Below, piece after piece: positions 20,472 to 37,738 of a stretch of DNA of 64,000 bases. The notes beneath the pieces are model-generated. The model saw only the letters and a program-made list of their open reading frames with translations. It had not been told where the DNA came from and did not search any database. How positions within the stretch are numbered: the first letter of the stretch is position 1; each line of letters begins with the position of its first letter. Source of the DNA: Escherichia coli (GTDB lineage Bacteria > Pseudomonadota > Gammaproteobacteria > Enterobacterales > Enterobacteriaceae); assembly GCF_050920415.1 (NCBI RefSeq), contig NZ_CP169309.1; one strand, 5' to 3'. Made by a program: the position numbers and the translations under genes.

Positions 20472-20747
20472 TTAACGACGACCTTCAGCAATAGCGGTAA
20501 CGGCTTGTAATTCAGCGGCTTCCTGCTCTTGCTGTTCCTGGCGTTCGCGAACGTCGAGGATCTGGTTGTTGATCAGACCTTCTTCGATTTCGCGCAGCGC
20601 GATTACTGTGGTTTTATCGTTTTCTTCCGGTACCAGCGGATCCTTTCCGCCTACCTGCATCTGACGAGCGCGACGCGCGGCGACCAGTACCAGGTCAAAA
20701 CGGTTACCAATTTTCTCTACAGCGTCCTGAACAGTTACGCGTGCCAT
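20472..20747 (-). CDS. rpoZ: RNA polymerase omega subunit
   Basis: 91 aa [29 protein letters not shown]. Confidence 0.95.
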
Positions 20748-20801
20748 ACTTAAAAAGCTCCACAGGTGAAGAAATGACTGGGCATGATACTGAAATCAGG
20801 T

Positions 20802-21566
<765 letters not shown>

Positions 21567-21590
21567 GATTCACTGCAATAAAGACGATTC

Positions 21591-23979
<2,389 letters not shown>

Positions 23980-24269
23980 GGTTCTCTCCCTAAAAATCTG
24001 TCTGGCAGGGTAGCGATTTGTGCACATTGTCACGATTGAGATTTTTTAAGGTGAGAGGGAATTGATAATTTGTAGTTATGTGAAATCGTTGTTTTCTGTA
24101 GCGTAGATGCATTCTTCTGACTTCTTGTCTGAGAAAATGCATAAGAAAAAGTAGGTTAAAACTGAGGGGTGGAAAAGAAAGGTGCAATGTTAGCCATTGT
24201 GTTCACTGCACCTGGACCTTGGCTTACGCATCGGGTGTCTCAATCAACAAAAAGAGTTTTTAGTTTCTG

Positions 24270-25094
24270 CTATTTTTTCTCTGTAATTTTTACACTGTTT
24301 TCCAACTGCTTGATGCTAACCTGCGGGGTCGGCAACTCCTCAGGCATGGTTCCGCCAAGTTCCTGAATGGTTTGCCTCACCTTGCGACCCACGTCAAAGT
24401 GTGTGGTGTTAGCTTGCTGTTTTGAATTCACGCCATCCCGCTTGAGTTTTTCTTCTGTTTGGGTAGCTCGAAAGAGATTAGCCGCCAGTTCTGTTGAACC
24501 CATATGATCCAGGATCTTCTGACTCTTTTTCAGCCCCTTCCGCTGATGGATGGCTTTCTGATCTAATCCACCATACAGTCCCCGGTAACCATGATTCTGA
24601 AATATGGCGAAATCGATAGCTGTCGCTACCCCAGCTTGCTGCGCTGCCTCAACTAATTGTTTGTTATGTTCTTTCAACTCATTTCTCAGAAAAAGACGCT
24701 TTTCGTCTTCACGAAGTTGCCTGAAAGCTTCATCGTCAGCCAGCTCCTGCCGTCGGGTCTGGATAGCAAAATAAGTTTGCCCTGCCGCAATAACCGGTTT
24801 CGCAGGGTCGCCGTTTTGTACTACCAGGTAACAGGCATAGCGGGAGAGATGAACATCTTCAAGTTCTCGTTGAGCCCCTGAACCTAATACAACCATTTTG
24901 GTGGTTTCAACGAAATGGTCAGATGCAGCTTGATTGCTGGCTTCGCACGCTTGAGTCGCGCGGGCCAGTACCTTTTGAAAATTGCGCCAGTCCCGATAAT
25001 CCAGTAACGGTGCCAATTCTCTCGCTGACCAAAATTCTTGCCCTTCAGTGCCATAATGCCGTATTTCTTCAAAAGGTTGATGATGTTCGTTCAT
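24270..25094 (-). CDS. dinD: DNA-damage-inducible protein D
   Basis: 274 aa from MNEHHQPFEE...; LexA box in promoter. Confidence 0.85.
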   Translation of the reverse strand: MNEHHQPFEEIRHYGTEGQEFWSARELAPLLDYRDWRNFQKVLARATQACEASNQAASDHFVETTKMVVLGSGAQRELEDVHLSRYACYLVVQNGDPAKPVIAAGQTYFAIQTRRQELADDEAFRQLREDEKRLFLRNELKEHNKQLVEAAQQAGVATAIDFAIFQNHGYRGLYGGLDQKAIHQRKGLKKSQKILDHMGSTELAANLFRATQTEEKLKRDGVNSKQQANTTHFDVGRKVRQTIQELGGTMPEELPTPQVSIKQLENSVKITEKK

Positions 25095-25137
25095 TGCCCA
25101 CTCCATGTGATATCGATTGCAAAGAAAGTAAATCTGT

Positions 25138-25157
25138 AACTGTATTTGTATACAGTT
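25138..25157 (-). promoter_or_regulatory. LexA (SOS) box upstream of dinD
   Basis: AACTGTATTTGTATACAGTT: CTGT-N8-ACAG palindrome about 45 bp upstream of the dinD start. Confidence 0.65.
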
Positions 25158-25314
25158 GTGAGTATCTCACGTTCTCAGTGTGCTGGGCAAAAAAACATCG
25201 CAAAATCTGGAGCAGGCACGCAAAACAGAATTGAAGTTGCGGGGAAGAAAAATGCCGCTCTGTTTGAGTGGGCGGCATTTGTGAAGGCTGAAAAGTAAGA
25301 ATTGGCGTTACGAG

Positions 25315-26178
25315 TTATTCAATGTTCTGAATCTGCTCGCGCATCTGCTCAATCAACACTTTCAGCTCGATGGCAGAGTTTGTCACTTCGGCATTGATAG
25401 ACTTCGAGGCCAGGGTGTTTGACTCGCGGTTGAACTCCTGCATCATAAAGTCCAGACGACGACCAACGGCTTCTTTTTTCTTCAGAATGTTGTAGGTCTC
25501 TTTAACATGCGCTTCGAGGCGGTCCAACTCTTCGGCAACGTCAATTCGTTGTGCCAGCAGAACCAACTCCTGCTCCAGACGGTTGTTCTCCAACTGAACC
25601 TGAGCATCTTCCAGCTTAGCCACCAGACGCTCACGCTGCCATTGCAGGATTTCCGGCATATGGGCGCGGACTTTGACCACTTCGGCGGTAACGCCTTCCA
25701 GACGCTGCTCGATCAATGCTTTCAGCGCCTGACCTTCGGTTTCGCGCGCGACGATAAAGTCATCCAGCGTACCATCCAGCGCCGCGAGAATTTCAGCGGC
25801 AATCGCGTCGAGATCCTGTTCCTGGGCCGCCATCACGCCTGGCCAGCGGAGAATATCAACCGGGTTGATTTCCCCTTCGTCACTCTGCATTTTTACCCAG
25901 TTCGCGGCAGTTACCAGCTGTTTAGCCAGTTTTTCGTTGAGGATCAGCTCACCTTGCGCGCTGACATCGGGCTCATAGCGCAGGGTACATTCCACTTTAC
26001 CGCGCGTCAGGCGAGAACGAATACGCTCACGAACGACAGGTTCAAGGCTACGGAACTGCTCCGGCAGACGAAAGTAAGTTTCCAGATAACGCTGGTTTAC
26101 CGAGCGCATTTCCCAGGTTGCGCTCCCCCATTCACCCTTGATTTCACGCCGGGCGTAGGCGGTCATACTGCGGATCAT
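25315..26178 (-). CDS. yicC: YicC-family stress-induced protein
   Basis: 287 aa, YicC N- and C-terminal domain architecture. Confidence 0.9.
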   Translation of the reverse strand: MIRSMTAYARREIKGEWGSATWEMRSVNQRYLETYFRLPEQFRSLEPVVRERIRSRLTRGKVECTLRYEPDVSAQGELILNEKLAKQLVTAANWVKMQSDEGEINPVDILRWPGVMAAQEQDLDAIAAEILAALDGTLDDFIVARETEGQALKALIEQRLEGVTAEVVKVRAHMPEILQWQRERLVAKLEDAQVQLENNRLEQELVLLAQRIDVAEELDRLEAHVKETYNILKKKEAVGRRLDFMMQEFNRESNTLASKSINAEVTNSAIELKVLIEQMREQIQNIE

Positions 26179-26304
26179 AGACGTTCCTGTTTATAAAAGG
26201 AGAGGTGGAAGGATTATAGCCATCGATGCCTTGTCAGGATAGGAATAACCGCCGGAAGTCCGTATAATGCGCAGCCACATTTGTTTCAAGCCGGAGATTT
26301 CAAT

Positions 26305-27021
26305 ATGCGTCCAGCAGGCCGTAGCAATAATCAGGTGCGTCCCGTTACCCTGACTCGTAACTATACAAAACATGCAGAAGGCTCGGTGCTGGTCGAATTT
26401 GGCGATACCAAAGTGTTGTGTACCGCCTCTATTGAAGAAGGCGTGCCGCGCTTCCTGAAAGGTCAGGGCCAGGGCTGGATCACCGCAGAATACGGTATGC
26501 TGCCGCGTTCTACTCATACCCGTAATGCCCGTGAAGCGGCGAAAGGTAAGCAGGGGGGACGCACAATGGAAATCCAGCGTCTGATCGCCCGTGCTCTTCG
26601 CGCGGCAGTAGATTTGAAAGCGCTGGGTGAGTTCACCATTACGCTGGACTGCGACGTGCTTCAGGCTGATGGTGGCACGCGTACCGCTTCTATCACCGGT
26701 GCTTGTGTTGCACTAGCCGATGCCCTGAATAAACTGGTTGAAAATGGCAAGCTGAAAACCAACCCGATGAAAGGGATGGTAGCCGCGGTTTCTGTCGGGA
26801 TTGTGAACGGCGAAGCGGTTTGCGATCTGGAATACGTTGAAGACTCTGCCGCTGAAACGGACATGAACGTGGTGATGACCGAAGACGGGCGCATCATTGA
26901 AGTGCAGGGAACGGCAGAAGGCGAGCCGTTTACCCATGAAGAGCTACTCACCTTGTTGGCGCTGGCCCGAGGGGGAATCGAATCCATTGTAGCGACGCAG
27001 AAGGCGGCGCTGGCAAACTGA
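26305..27021 (+). CDS. rph: Ribonuclease PH, full-length 238 aa (intact allele)
   Basis: From [14 protein letters not shown]... to ...[15 protein letters not shown] with no frameshift. Confidence 0.92.
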
Positions 27022-27027
27022 TTTTTA

Positions 27028-27054
27028 AGGCGACTGATGAGTCGCCTTTTTTTT
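27028..27054 (+). terminator. pyrE leader attenuator (rho-independent hairpin and T-tract) between rph and pyrE
   Basis: GGCGACTGATGAGTCGCC followed by TTTTTTTT. Confidence 0.75.
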
Positions 27055-27086
27055 GTCTGTAGAAAAGTAAGATGAGGAGCGAAGGC

Positions 27087-27728
27087 ATGAAACCATATCA
27101 GCGCCAGTTTATTGAATTTGCGCTTGGCAAGCAGGTATTAAAGTTTGGCGAGTTTACGCTGAAGTCCGGGCGCAAAAGCCCCTATTTCTTCAACGCCGGG
27201 CTGTTTAATACCGGGCGCGATCTGGCACTGTTAGGCCGTTTTTACGCTGAAGCGTTAGTGGATTCCGGCATTGAGTTCGATCTGCTGTTTGGCCCTGCTT
27301 ACAAAGGGATCCCAATTGCCACTACTACCGCTGTAGCGCTGGCGGAGCATCATGACCTGGACCTGCCGTACTGCTTTAACCGCAAAGAAGCAAAAGATCA
27401 CGGTGAAGGCGGCAATCTGGTCGGTAGCGCATTACAAGGACGCGTAATGCTGGTGGATGATGTGATTACCGCCGGAACGGCGATTCGCGAGTCGATGGAA
27501 ATTATTCAGGCCAATGGCGCGACGCTTGCTGGTGTGTTAATTTCGCTCGATCGTCAGGAGCGCGGGCGCGGCGAGATTTCGGCGATTCAGGAAGTTGAGC
27601 GTGATTACAACTGCAAAGTGATCTCTATCATCACCCTGAAAGACCTGATTGCTTACCTTGAAGAGAAGCCGGAAATGGCGGAACATCTGGCGGCGGTTAA
27701 GGCCTATCGCGAAGAGTTCGGCGTTTAA
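27087..27728 (+). CDS. pyrE: Orotate phosphoribosyltransferase
   Basis: 213 aa from [11 protein letters not shown]...; PRPP-binding motif [12 protein letters not shown]. Confidence 0.95.
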   Translation: MKPYQRQFIEFALGKQVLKFGEFTLKSGRKSPYFFNAGLFNTGRDLALLGRFYAEALVDSGIEFDLLFGPAYKGIPIATTTAVALAEHHDLDLPYCFNRKEAKDHGEGGNLVGSALQGRVMLVDDVITAGTAIRESMEIIQANGATLAGVLISLDRQERGRGEISAIQEVERDYNCKVISIITLKDLIAYLEEKPEMAEHLAAVKAYREEFGV

Positions 27729-27764
27729 AGAAACTCGCCGGATGAAAAGTCATCCGGCGTCATA

Positions 27765-28361
27765 TTACTGCAACTGTGCAGCAATTAGCGGCCAGCGGGC
27801 GTCAAAGTCATCCGTCGGGCGGTATTTAAACTCGCTGCGGACAAAGCGTGACAGCATACCTTCACAGAAGGCCAGGATCTGGCTTGCCAGCAGGGTTTCA
27901 TCCGTCGCGTAGCCTTCGCCCTCACGCATTCTCTTTTCACGCAATACCTGACGCAACTGCGCTTCAATACGCTCGAATAGCTGGTTGATGCGCCCTTGCA
28001 GGCGATCCTGTTCAAACATTAGTGCATGACCAGTGAGGATGCGGGTCAGGCCAGGATTACGCTCACCAAAACCGAGAAGCAGCAACACAATCAGACGCAG
28101 GCGCGCTGTGGTGTCTTTCTCATCTTTCAGAATCAGATTGATGCGAGTAATCAGGCTATCTTCGATAAACTCAATCAGGCTATCGAACATGCGGGTCTTA
28201 CTGGGGAAGTGGCGATACAGTGCCGCTTCGGAAACGCCGACAGAGGCGGCCAGTTTTGCCGTCGTGATACGTTGGCTTCCATCGCTGGATTCCAGCATCA
28301 GCGCCAGAGACTGAAGTATTTCTTCGCGACGGTTCCTTTTCGCAGTTTGTTTTTCTGCCAT
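27765..28361 (-). CDS. slmA: Nucleoid occlusion factor SlmA (TetR family)
   Basis: 198 aa from [17 protein letters not shown]...; TetR HTH. Confidence 0.9.
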   Translation of the reverse strand: MAEKQTAKRNRREEILQSLALMLESSDGSQRITTAKLAASVGVSEAALYRHFPSKTRMFDSLIEFIEDSLITRINLILKDEKDTTARLRLIVLLLLGFGERNPGLTRILTGHALMFEQDRLQGRINQLFERIEAQLRQVLREKRMREGEGYATDETLLASQILAFCEGMLSRFVRSEFKYRPTDDFDARWPLIAAQLQ

Positions 28362-28467
28362 GTTACAAAATACCCCTGAAAATAAGCACTTGCCAGGCGG
28401 CACCCACGCTATGACCGCAAACGAAATGTTTGCGGCTATGTTATGACGTTATTCGGATGCGTATGTG

Positions 28468-28926
28468 TTATTGACGACCAGAGTGACCAAAGCCGCCTTC
28501 ACCGCGGTCGGTGGCGTCGAAATCTTCCACCAGATTAAATTCAGCCTGTACTACCGGAACAAAAATCATTTGGGCGATACGTTCGCCAGGTTGAATGGTG
28601 AAGCTGTCCTGACCACGGTTCCACACAGAGATCATCAACTGGCCCTGATAGTCAGAATCGATCAATCCTACCAGGTTACCGAGCACGATACCGTGCTTAT
28701 GTCCCAATCCGGAACGCGGCAGCATCATGGCTGCCAGTGAAGGATCGGCAATATGAATCGCCAGCCCGGTTGGAACCAGAGTAGTGGCACCCGGTGCCAG
28801 TTCTACGGCGTCGTCGAGACAGGCGCGCAGGTCAAGTCCGGCAGAGCCAGAGGTGGCATAAGTCGGGAGTGGAAATTCCTTCCCAACGCGCGGGTCCAGA
28901 ATCTTAACGTCGATTTTTTTCATCAT
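28468..28926 (-). CDS. dut: dUTP diphosphatase
   Basis: 152 aa [15 protein letters not shown]...; dUTPase motifs. Confidence 0.95.
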   Translation of the reverse strand: MMKKIDVKILDPRVGKEFPLPTYATSGSAGLDLRACLDDAVELAPGATTLVPTGLAIHIADPSLAAMMLPRSGLGHKHGIVLGNLVGLIDSDYQGQLMISVWNRGQDSFTIQPGERIAQMIFVPVVQAEFNLVEDFDATDRGEGGFGHSGRQ

Positions 28927-30124
28927 AACGGGTCACGATCTCGTCGAGTAATAATTGGCCAAGGAGCTCTTTGCGCTCAAGCGGTAAGACTTTATCTCCG
29001 TCCTGCCAGAAAAGGTGTAATGCGTTGTTGTCGCTGTTAAATCCTTGAGTTGGCTGGGAAACATCGTTCGCGCAGATCAGATCAAGGTTTTTACGGATAC
29101 GTTTTTGCCGGGCGTATTCTTCCACATTATTTGTTTCGGCGGCAAATCCAACGACGTAGGGTCGATGGTCTTTTAGTGTGGCAACGCCTGCGACGATATC
29201 GGGGTTTTTAACCATTTTTATTGTTAATTCATCACCCTGCGTGGCCTGCTTTTTGATTTTCTCTGGGGCCACGGTAGCTGCGCGATAATCCGCCACGGCG
29301 GCGCAACCGATAAAAATATTTTGCTGCTGTACAGAAGCATTCACGGCGGCTTCCATTTCCAGCGCAGTCATTACATCAACACGTTTAACAAACGGTGGCG
29401 TCGGTAGTGAAACCGGACCTGATACCAGCGTGACGTTCGCGCCACGACGGGCAGCAGCGGCGGCGATAGCAAAACCCATCTTGCCGGAGCTGTGATTAGA
29501 GATATAACGCACCGGATCGAGCGGTTCACGCGTCGGGCCGGCGGTAATCATAATGTTCAGATGTTTCAGGTCGTTGACGGGCGAAAAATGCGCTACCGCC
29601 ATATCAACAATGGTTAACGGATCGAGCATTCGCCCAGGGCCGATATCACCACAAGCCTGACTGCCACTGTCTGGCCCCCAGATGAGCAAACCACGGGAAG
29701 CAAGCACCTCTAAATTATGCTGCGTGGCAGCGGCACGGTACATCTGCTGGTTCATGGCGGGGAGCACGGCTACAGGCGCAGGTGTAGCCAGGCAAATCGT
29801 CGATACCAGGTCATTCGCCATTCCGGCAGCAACACGGGCAATCAAATCTGCCGTGGCAGGGGCGAGAATCACTAAATCAGCCCATTTACCCAGCTCAATA
29901 TGGCCCATAGCGGCTTCGGCTGCCGGGTCAAGCAGACTGTCGGAAACGGGATACCCCGAAACTGCCTGCAAGCTAAGTGGGGTAATAAAGGCTTTTGCCG
30001 CTTCGGTCATGGCTACGCGGACGTCGGCCCCGCGATCGCGCAAACGACGCACCAGTTCAGGGGTTTTATAGGCAGCAATGCCGCCGCTAACGCCGAGAAC
30101 GATTTTTTTACCGGCCAGGCTCAT
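28904..30124 (-). CDS. coaBC: Bifunctional phosphopantothenoylcysteine decarboxylase / phosphopantothenate-cysteine ligase
   Basis: 406 aa from [20 protein letters not shown] (flavoprotein N-domain). Confidence 0.95.
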   Translation of the reverse strand: MSLAGKKIVLGVSGGIAAYKTPELVRRLRDRGADVRVAMTEAAKAFITPLSLQAVSGYPVSDSLLDPAAEAAMGHIELGKWADLVILAPATADLIARVAAGMANDLVSTICLATPAPVAVLPAMNQQMYRAAATQHNLEVLASRGLLIWGPDSGSQACGDIGPGRMLDPLTIVDMAVAHFSPVNDLKHLNIMITAGPTREPLDPVRYISNHSSGKMGFAIAAAAARRGANVTLVSGPVSLPTPPFVKRVDVMTALEMEAAVNASVQQQNIFIGCAAVADYRAATVAPEKIKKQATQGDELTIKMVKNPDIVAGVATLKDHRPYVVGFAAETNNVEEYARQKRIRKNLDLICANDVSQPTQGFNSDNNALHLFWQDGDKVLPLERKELLGQLLLDEIVTRYDEKNRR

Positions 30125-30295
30125 GATGATTTTTCCTGTTGGGTGACACCAGAAGTTGGCGATTTTATCACAATACTTTTGTTGTCGTGCCTTCACCTGA
30201 GAATCACTTTGCGAGGCGCTTTCCAGGATTGAAAACTGGCCGTCGATTTAACGGAACGGCTATGACAGGATGCGAGCACCACAAAGGAGGTGAAG

Positions 30296-30964
30296 GTGAA
30301 AAACAATGCACAGCTGTTGATGCCGCGCGAAAAAATGCTGAAGTTTGGTATTAGCGCCTTAACGGATGTCGAGCTGCTGGCGCTATTTCTGCGTACCGGA
30401 ACGCGCGGTAAAGATGTATTAACCCTGGCAAAAGAGATGCTGGAGAATTTCGGCTCTCTTTATGGCTTGTTAACCTCTGAATATGAACAGTTTAGTGGCG
30501 TTCATGGAATTGGCGTGGCGAAATTTGCCCAGTTAAAGGGGATTGCTGAACTGGCGCGGCGTTACTACAACGTGCGGATGCGTGAAGAAAGCCCTTTACT
30601 CAGCCCGGAGATGACGAGGGAATTTTTACAAAGCCAGCTCACGGGCGAGGAGCGGGAGATCTTTATGGTGATCTTTCTCGACTCCCAACACAGGGTTATA
30701 ACGCATAGCCGTCTTTTTTCCGGCACGCTAAACCATGTTGAAGTCCATCCTCGGGAAATTATCCGCGAAGCGATAAAAATAAACGCCTCGGCGCTGATCC
30801 TTGCACATAATCACCCTTCGGGTTGTGCTGAACCCAGTAAAGCGGATAAACTCATTACCGAACGGATAATAAAAAGTTGTCAGTTCATGGATTTACGCGT
30901 GCTCGACCATATCGTGATTGGGCGTGGAGAGTATGTTTCTTTTGCCGAACGCGGCTGGATTTAA
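30296..30964 (+). CDS. yicR: UPF0758 / RadC-like JAB-domain protein YicR
   Basis: GTG start at 30296 with AAGGAGG RBS; 222 aa; HNHPSG JAMM-like motif. Confidence 0.85.
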
Positions 30965-31159
30965 CCCGCTATGCGCGATCCTTCGGGATCTTTGTCTGTT
31001 CGGGACTTGAGCACATCGCTGAGTCAGCGTATACTACGCCACCTTTGAGAATCTCGGGTTTGGCATTTGGGCCTGGCAATCGAGAGTTCACATAGAACTG
31101 CGATGACCGGGCTGTAAAGCCTGACGAGGCGCCAATACCCCATACGAAGCTCGAGCTAA

Positions 31160-31417
<258 letters not shown>

Positions 31418-31434
31418 GTACTTAGAGGAAATAA

Positions 31435-31605
<171 letters not shown>

Positions 31606-31629
31606 TTCTCGCTTTGATGTAACGAAAAA

Positions 31630-31651
31630 CCTCGCTCCGGCGGGGTTTTTT
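31630..31651 (+). terminator. Rho-independent terminator after rpmBG
   Basis: CCTCGC-TCCG-GCGGGG hairpin (one G-T wobble) followed by TTTTTT. Confidence 0.6.
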
Positions 31652-31702
31652 GTTATCTGCTTGCCCCCATATTGACTGCATCTGTTCATTCCCGGAGATG
31701 CT

Positions 31703-32512
31703 ATGCCTGAATTACCCGAAGTTGAAACCAGCCGACGCGGCATCGAACCGCATCTCGTTGGTGCAACCATTCTTCATGCGGTGGTGCGCAACGGTCGCTT
31801 GCGCTGGCCGGTTTCAGAAGAGATCTACTGTTTAAGCGACCAACCAGTGCTTAGCGTGCAGCGCCGGGCTAAATATCTGCTGCTGGAGCTGCCTGAGGGC
31901 TGGATTATTATTCATCTGGGGATGTCTGGCAGCCTGCGCATCCTTTCAGAAGAACTTCCTCCCGAAAAGCATGACCATGTTGATTTGGTGATGAGCAACG
32001 GCAAAGTACTGCGCTATACCGATCCGCGCCGTTTTGGTGCCTGGCTGTGGACCAAAGAGCTGGAAGGGCATAATGTGCTGGCCCACCTTGGACCGGAGCC
32101 GCTTAGCGACGATTTCAACGGTGAGTACCTGCATCAGAAGTGCGCGAAGAAAAAAACGGCGATTAAACCGTGGCTGATGGATAACAAGCTGGTGGTAGGC
32201 GTAGGGAATATCTATGCCAGCGAATCTCTGTTTGCGGCGGGGATCCATCCGGATCGGCTGGCGTCATCACTGTCGCTGGCAGAGTGTGAATTGTTAGCTC
32301 GGGTGATTAAAGCGGTGTTGCTGCGTTCGATTGAGCAGGGCGGTACAACGCTGAAAGATTTTCTGCAAAGTGATGGTAAACCGGGCTATTTCGCTCAGGA
32401 ATTGCAGGTTTACGGGCGAAAAGGTGAGCCGTGTCGGGTGTGCGGTACGCCGATTGTGGCGACGAAACATGCACAACGGGCAACGTTTTATTGTCGGCAG
32501 TGCCAGAAGTAA
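31703..32512 (+). CDS. mutM: Formamidopyrimidine-DNA glycosylase
   Basis: 269 aa; N-terminal PELPEVE and C-terminal zinc finger CxxC...CxxC. Confidence 0.95.
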   Translation: MPELPEVETSRRGIEPHLVGATILHAVVRNGRLRWPVSEEIYCLSDQPVLSVQRRAKYLLLELPEGWIIIHLGMSGSLRILSEELPPEKHDHVDLVMSNGKVLRYTDPRRFGAWLWTKELEGHNVLAHLGPEPLSDDFNGEYLHQKCAKKKTAIKPWLMDNKLVVGVGNIYASESLFAAGIHPDRLASSLSLAECELLARVIKAVLLRSIEQGGTTLKDFLQSDGKPGYFAQELQVYGRKGEPCRVCGTPIVATKHAQRATFYCRQCQK

Positions 32513-32521
32513 TTGATGCGC

Positions 32522-32543
32522 GCCGGATGGCATACCATCCGGC
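32522..32543. terminator. Palindromic hairpin between convergent mutM and coaD (likely bidirectional terminator)
   Basis: GCCGGATGG-CATA-CCATCCGGC perfect inverted repeat. Confidence 0.5.
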
Positions 32544-32550
32544 ATAAACG

Positions 32551-34315
<1,765 letters not shown>

Positions 34316-34661
34316 AGTAAATAGCTGACTTATGGATGTGCTGGGGATTCTATGTATTTAGCGGTGGCTTTACCATTACTTTTCCCGTTTTTGACTTAAA
34401 TAGCTTCAGTTTGGTCTGATCTGCCGCTACATCTTCATTTTTTTTGTATTTTTATGCGATTCATTGAAACTCAGCCCCATTTTCAACTCTACATAAGCCA
34501 TACCGACCTTATCGGTATGATATTTTTTATCTATTTGAATTTTATAATTAAAAAATATTTTGTGTATAAAAATCATTCGGGTCGGATTGCTGCGAAAGAA
34601 ATGATACACTAGCACGTCAAAGTAAGTGCGTTATCAGTATTCAGGTAGCTGTTGAGCCTGG

Positions 34662-34673
34662 GGCGGTAGCGTG
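34662..34673 (+). promoter_or_regulatory. ops element (RfaH-dependent antitermination site, within JUMPstart) in waaQ operon leader
   Basis: GGCGGTAGCGTG, about 85 bp upstream of waaQ. Confidence 0.7.
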
Positions 34674-34756
34674 CTTTTTTTCTGCTTAACTAACCAGACA
34701 ATCACACAAAAGAGTCGCTAGTGGAAAAGCCATTTCGAAAAATCCTGGTCATAAAG

Positions 34757-35791
34757 ATGCGATATCATGGAGATATGTTATTAACTACTCCTGTCATCAG
34801 TACGCTCAAGCAGAATTATCCTGATGCAAAAATCGATATGCTGCTTTATCAGGACACCATCCCTATTTTGTCTGAAAACCCGGAAATTAATGCGCTCTAC
34901 GGGATAAGCAATAAAGGTGCGGGAACATTCGATAAAATTAAAAATGTGCTTTCGTTGATAAAAACTCTGCGCGGAAATAATTATGACCTGGTCATTAATC
35001 TTACGGATCAGTGGATGGTGGCGCTGCTGGTACGTTGTTTACCTGCACGGATGAAAATATCGCAACTTTATGGTCATCGGCAGCATGGCATTTGGAAAAA
35101 AAGCTTCACTCACTTAGCGCCAATACACGGTACACATATTGTTGAGCGGAATTTATCGGTCCTTGAGCCATTAGGTATTACCGATTTCTACACTGACACA
35201 ACAATGAGTTACGCCGAAGATTGCTGGAAGAAGATGCGCCAGGAATTAGATGCCCTGGGCGTAAAAGATCATTATGTTGTCATCCAACCGACAGCGCGTC
35301 AGATATTTAAGTGTTGGGATAACGATAAATTTTCTAAGGTTATTGATGCGCTGCAACAGCGAGGATATCAGGTTGTGCTGACCTGTGGGCCTTCGGCAGA
35401 CGATCTCTCTTGTGTAGATGAGATTGCGCAAGGTTGCAAAACGAAACCCATTACTGGCCTTGCAGGTAAAACACGTTTTCCTGAACTGGGTGCGTTAATT
35501 GATCATGCAGTGCTTTTTATTGGCGTAGATTCTGCGCCGGGACATATTGCAGCGGCAGTGAAAACGCCAGTCATTAGTCTATTTGGTGCAACGGACCACG
35601 TATTCTGGCGCCCCTGGACCGAGAATATTATTCAATTCTGGGCGGGGAATTATCAGAAAATGCCGACCCGGCATGAACTTGACCGCAACAAAAAATATCT
35701 TTCTGTTATCCCAGCGGAAGATGTGATCGCCGCTACGGAAAAGCTGTTGCCAGAAGATGCCCCTTCAGCTGACAGGAATGCACAATTATGA
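34757..35791 (+). CDS. waaQ: LPS heptosyltransferase III
   Basis: Track ORF starts at an upstream GTG (34721); trimmed to ATG giving 344 aa as recalled for K-12; GT9 family. Confidence 0.85.
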   Translation: MRYHGDMLLTTPVISTLKQNYPDAKIDMLLYQDTIPILSENPEINALYGISNKGAGTFDKIKNVLSLIKTLRGNNYDLVINLTDQWMVALLVRCLPARMKISQLYGHRQHGIWKKSFTHLAPIHGTHIVERNLSVLEPLGITDFYTDTTMSYAEDCWKKMRQELDALGVKDHYVVIQPTARQIFKCWDNDKFSKVIDALQQRGYQVVLTCGPSADDLSCVDEIAQGCKTKPITGLAGKTRFPELGALIDHAVLFIGVDSAPGHIAAAVKTPVISLFGATDHVFWRPWTENIIQFWAGNYQKMPTRHELDRNKKYLSVIPAEDVIAATEKLLPEDAPSADRNAQL

Positions 35792-36912
35792 TCGTGGCGT
35801 TTTGTTTATATAAATATTTTCCATTTGGTGGGCTTCAACGTGACTTTATGCGTATTGCATCAACAGTTGCCGCTCGGGGCCACCATGTTCGGGTCTATAC
35901 GCAGTCGTGGGAAGGTGATTGCCCAAAAGCATTTGAGCTTATTCAGGTGCCAGTTAAGTCCCATACCAACCATGGACGCAATGCAGAGTATTATGCCTGG
36001 GTACAAAATCATCTCAAAGAGCATCCCGCAGATCGCGTTGTTGGGTTTAATAAGATGCCAGGTCTGGATGTTTATTTTGCTGCTGATGTTTGTTACGCCG
36101 AGAAAGTTGCGCAAGAAAAAGGTTTTTTATATCGTTTAACATCACGATATCGCCATTATGCCGCATTTGAGCGGGCGACTTTCGAGCAGGGTAAATCGAC
36201 GAAACTTATGATGCTGACCGATAAGCAAATCGCCGATTTCCAGAAGCATTATCAAACCGAACCTGAACGTTTTCAAATTCTTCCTCCCGGTATTTATCCG
36301 GACAGAAAATACAGCGAGCAAATCCCAAACAGTCGTGAAATTTATCGCCAGAAAAATGGCATAAAAGAGCAACAAAACTTATTACTGCAGGTTGGATCAG
36401 ATTTTGGCCGTAAAGGTGTGGATCGCTCAATTGAAGCTTTGGCATCGTTATCGGAATCATTACGTCACAATACGCTTTTATTTGTTGTTGGCCAGGATAA
36501 GCCGCGAAAATTTGAAGCGCTGGCAGAAAAGCTCGGCGTGCGGAGCAATGTGCATTTCTTCTCCGGTCGCAATGATGTGTCAGAATTAATGGCAGCCGCT
36601 GATTTATTACTGCATCCCGCTTATCAGGAAGCCGCGGGTATCGTTCTTCTTGAAGCAATCACTGCTGGATTACCTGTTTTAACAACTGCGGTATGTGGGT
36701 ACGCGCATTATATTGCGGATGCCAATTGTGGAACGGTTATCGCTGAACCATTCTCCCAGGAACAGTTAAATGAAGTTTTACGTAAAGCGTTAACTCAGTC
36801 TCCATTACGAATGGCCTGGGCGGAGAATGCTCGCCATTATGCCGATACTCAGGATTTGTATAGCCTGCCAGAGAAAGCCGCAGATATCATTACAGGTGGT
36901 TTAGATGGTTGA
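35788..36912 (+). CDS. waaG: LPS core glucosyltransferase I
   Basis: 374 aa GT4 glycosyltransferase. Confidence 0.93.
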   Translation: MIVAFCLYKYFPFGGLQRDFMRIASTVAARGHHVRVYTQSWEGDCPKAFELIQVPVKSHTNHGRNAEYYAWVQNHLKEHPADRVVGFNKMPGLDVYFAADVCYAEKVAQEKGFLYRLTSRYRHYAAFERATFEQGKSTKLMMLTDKQIADFQKHYQTEPERFQILPPGIYPDRKYSEQIPNSREIYRQKNGIKEQQNLLLQVGSDFGRKGVDRSIEALASLSESLRHNTLLFVVGQDKPRKFEALAEKLGVRSNVHFFSGRNDVSELMAAADLLLHPAYQEAAGIVLLEAITAGLPVLTTAVCGYAHYIADANCGTVIAEPFSQEQLNEVLRKALTQSPLRMAWAENARHYADTQDLYSLPEKAADIITGGLDG

Positions 36913-37702
36913 ATTAAAAGAGCCGCTTGCCACACTTTGGCGTGGTAAAGATGCTTTTGAAGAAGTCAAAAAACTGAATGGCGAGGTCTTTCGTGAACTC
37001 GAGACGCGTCGCACATTACGCTTTGAACTGGCCGGGAAAAGCTATTTTCTTAAATGGCACAAAGGGACGACATTAAAAGAGATTGTAAAAAATCTACTCT
37101 CATTACGGATGCCCGTTTTGGGCGCAGACAGAGAGTGGCACGCTATTCATCGCCTGAGTGATGTTGGCGTTGATACAATGAAGGGCATTGGGTTTGGTGA
37201 AAAAGGGTTAAATCCATTAACTCGCACATCATTTATTATTACCGAAGATCTCACTCCCACGATTAGCCTTGAAGATTATTGTGCTGATTGGGCAGTCAAC
37301 CCGCCTGATATACGTGTAAAGCGTATGCTGATTACACGAGTGGCAACCATGGTGCGTAAAATGCACGCCGCAGGGATAAATCACCGCGACTGCTACATTT
37401 GCCACTTTTTGCTTCATTTACCATTTACTGGCCGGGAAGATGAATTAAAAATTTCGGTTATCGATCTGCATCGGGCACAGATACGTGCAAAAGTACCGCG
37501 CCGTTGGCGCGATAAAGACCTGATTGGTTTATATTTCTCATCAATGAATATTGGCCTGACGCAAAGAGACATATGGCGATTTATGAAGGTTTATTTTGGG
37601 ATGCCTTTGCGAAAAATATTGTCTCTTGAACAGAACTTATTGAACATGACAAGCGTTAAGGCCGAGCGTATTAAAGAGCGAACACAACGTAAAGGATTAT
37701 AA
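36905..37702 (+). CDS. waaP: LPS core heptose(I) kinase
   Basis: 265 aa kinase-like. Confidence 0.93.
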   Translation: MVELKEPLATLWRGKDAFEEVKKLNGEVFRELETRRTLRFELAGKSYFLKWHKGTTLKEIVKNLLSLRMPVLGADREWHAIHRLSDVGVDTMKGIGFGEKGLNPLTRTSFIITEDLTPTISLEDYCADWAVNPPDIRVKRMLITRVATMVRKMHAAGINHRDCYICHFLLHLPFTGREDELKISVIDLHRAQIRAKVPRRWRDKDLIGLYFSSMNIGLTQRDIWRFMKVYFGMPLRKILSLEQNLLNMTSVKAERIKERTQRKGL

Positions 37703-37738
37703 AAATATTTATCAGTATGTACTGGAACTAACTTCATT

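Noticed and set aside
34427-34615. 62 aa minus-strand ORF in the waaA-waaQ intergenic region
   Set aside because: Sits in the AT-rich promoter/JUMPstart region with no RBS; Lys/Phe/Ile-rich translation is typical of AT-rich noise.
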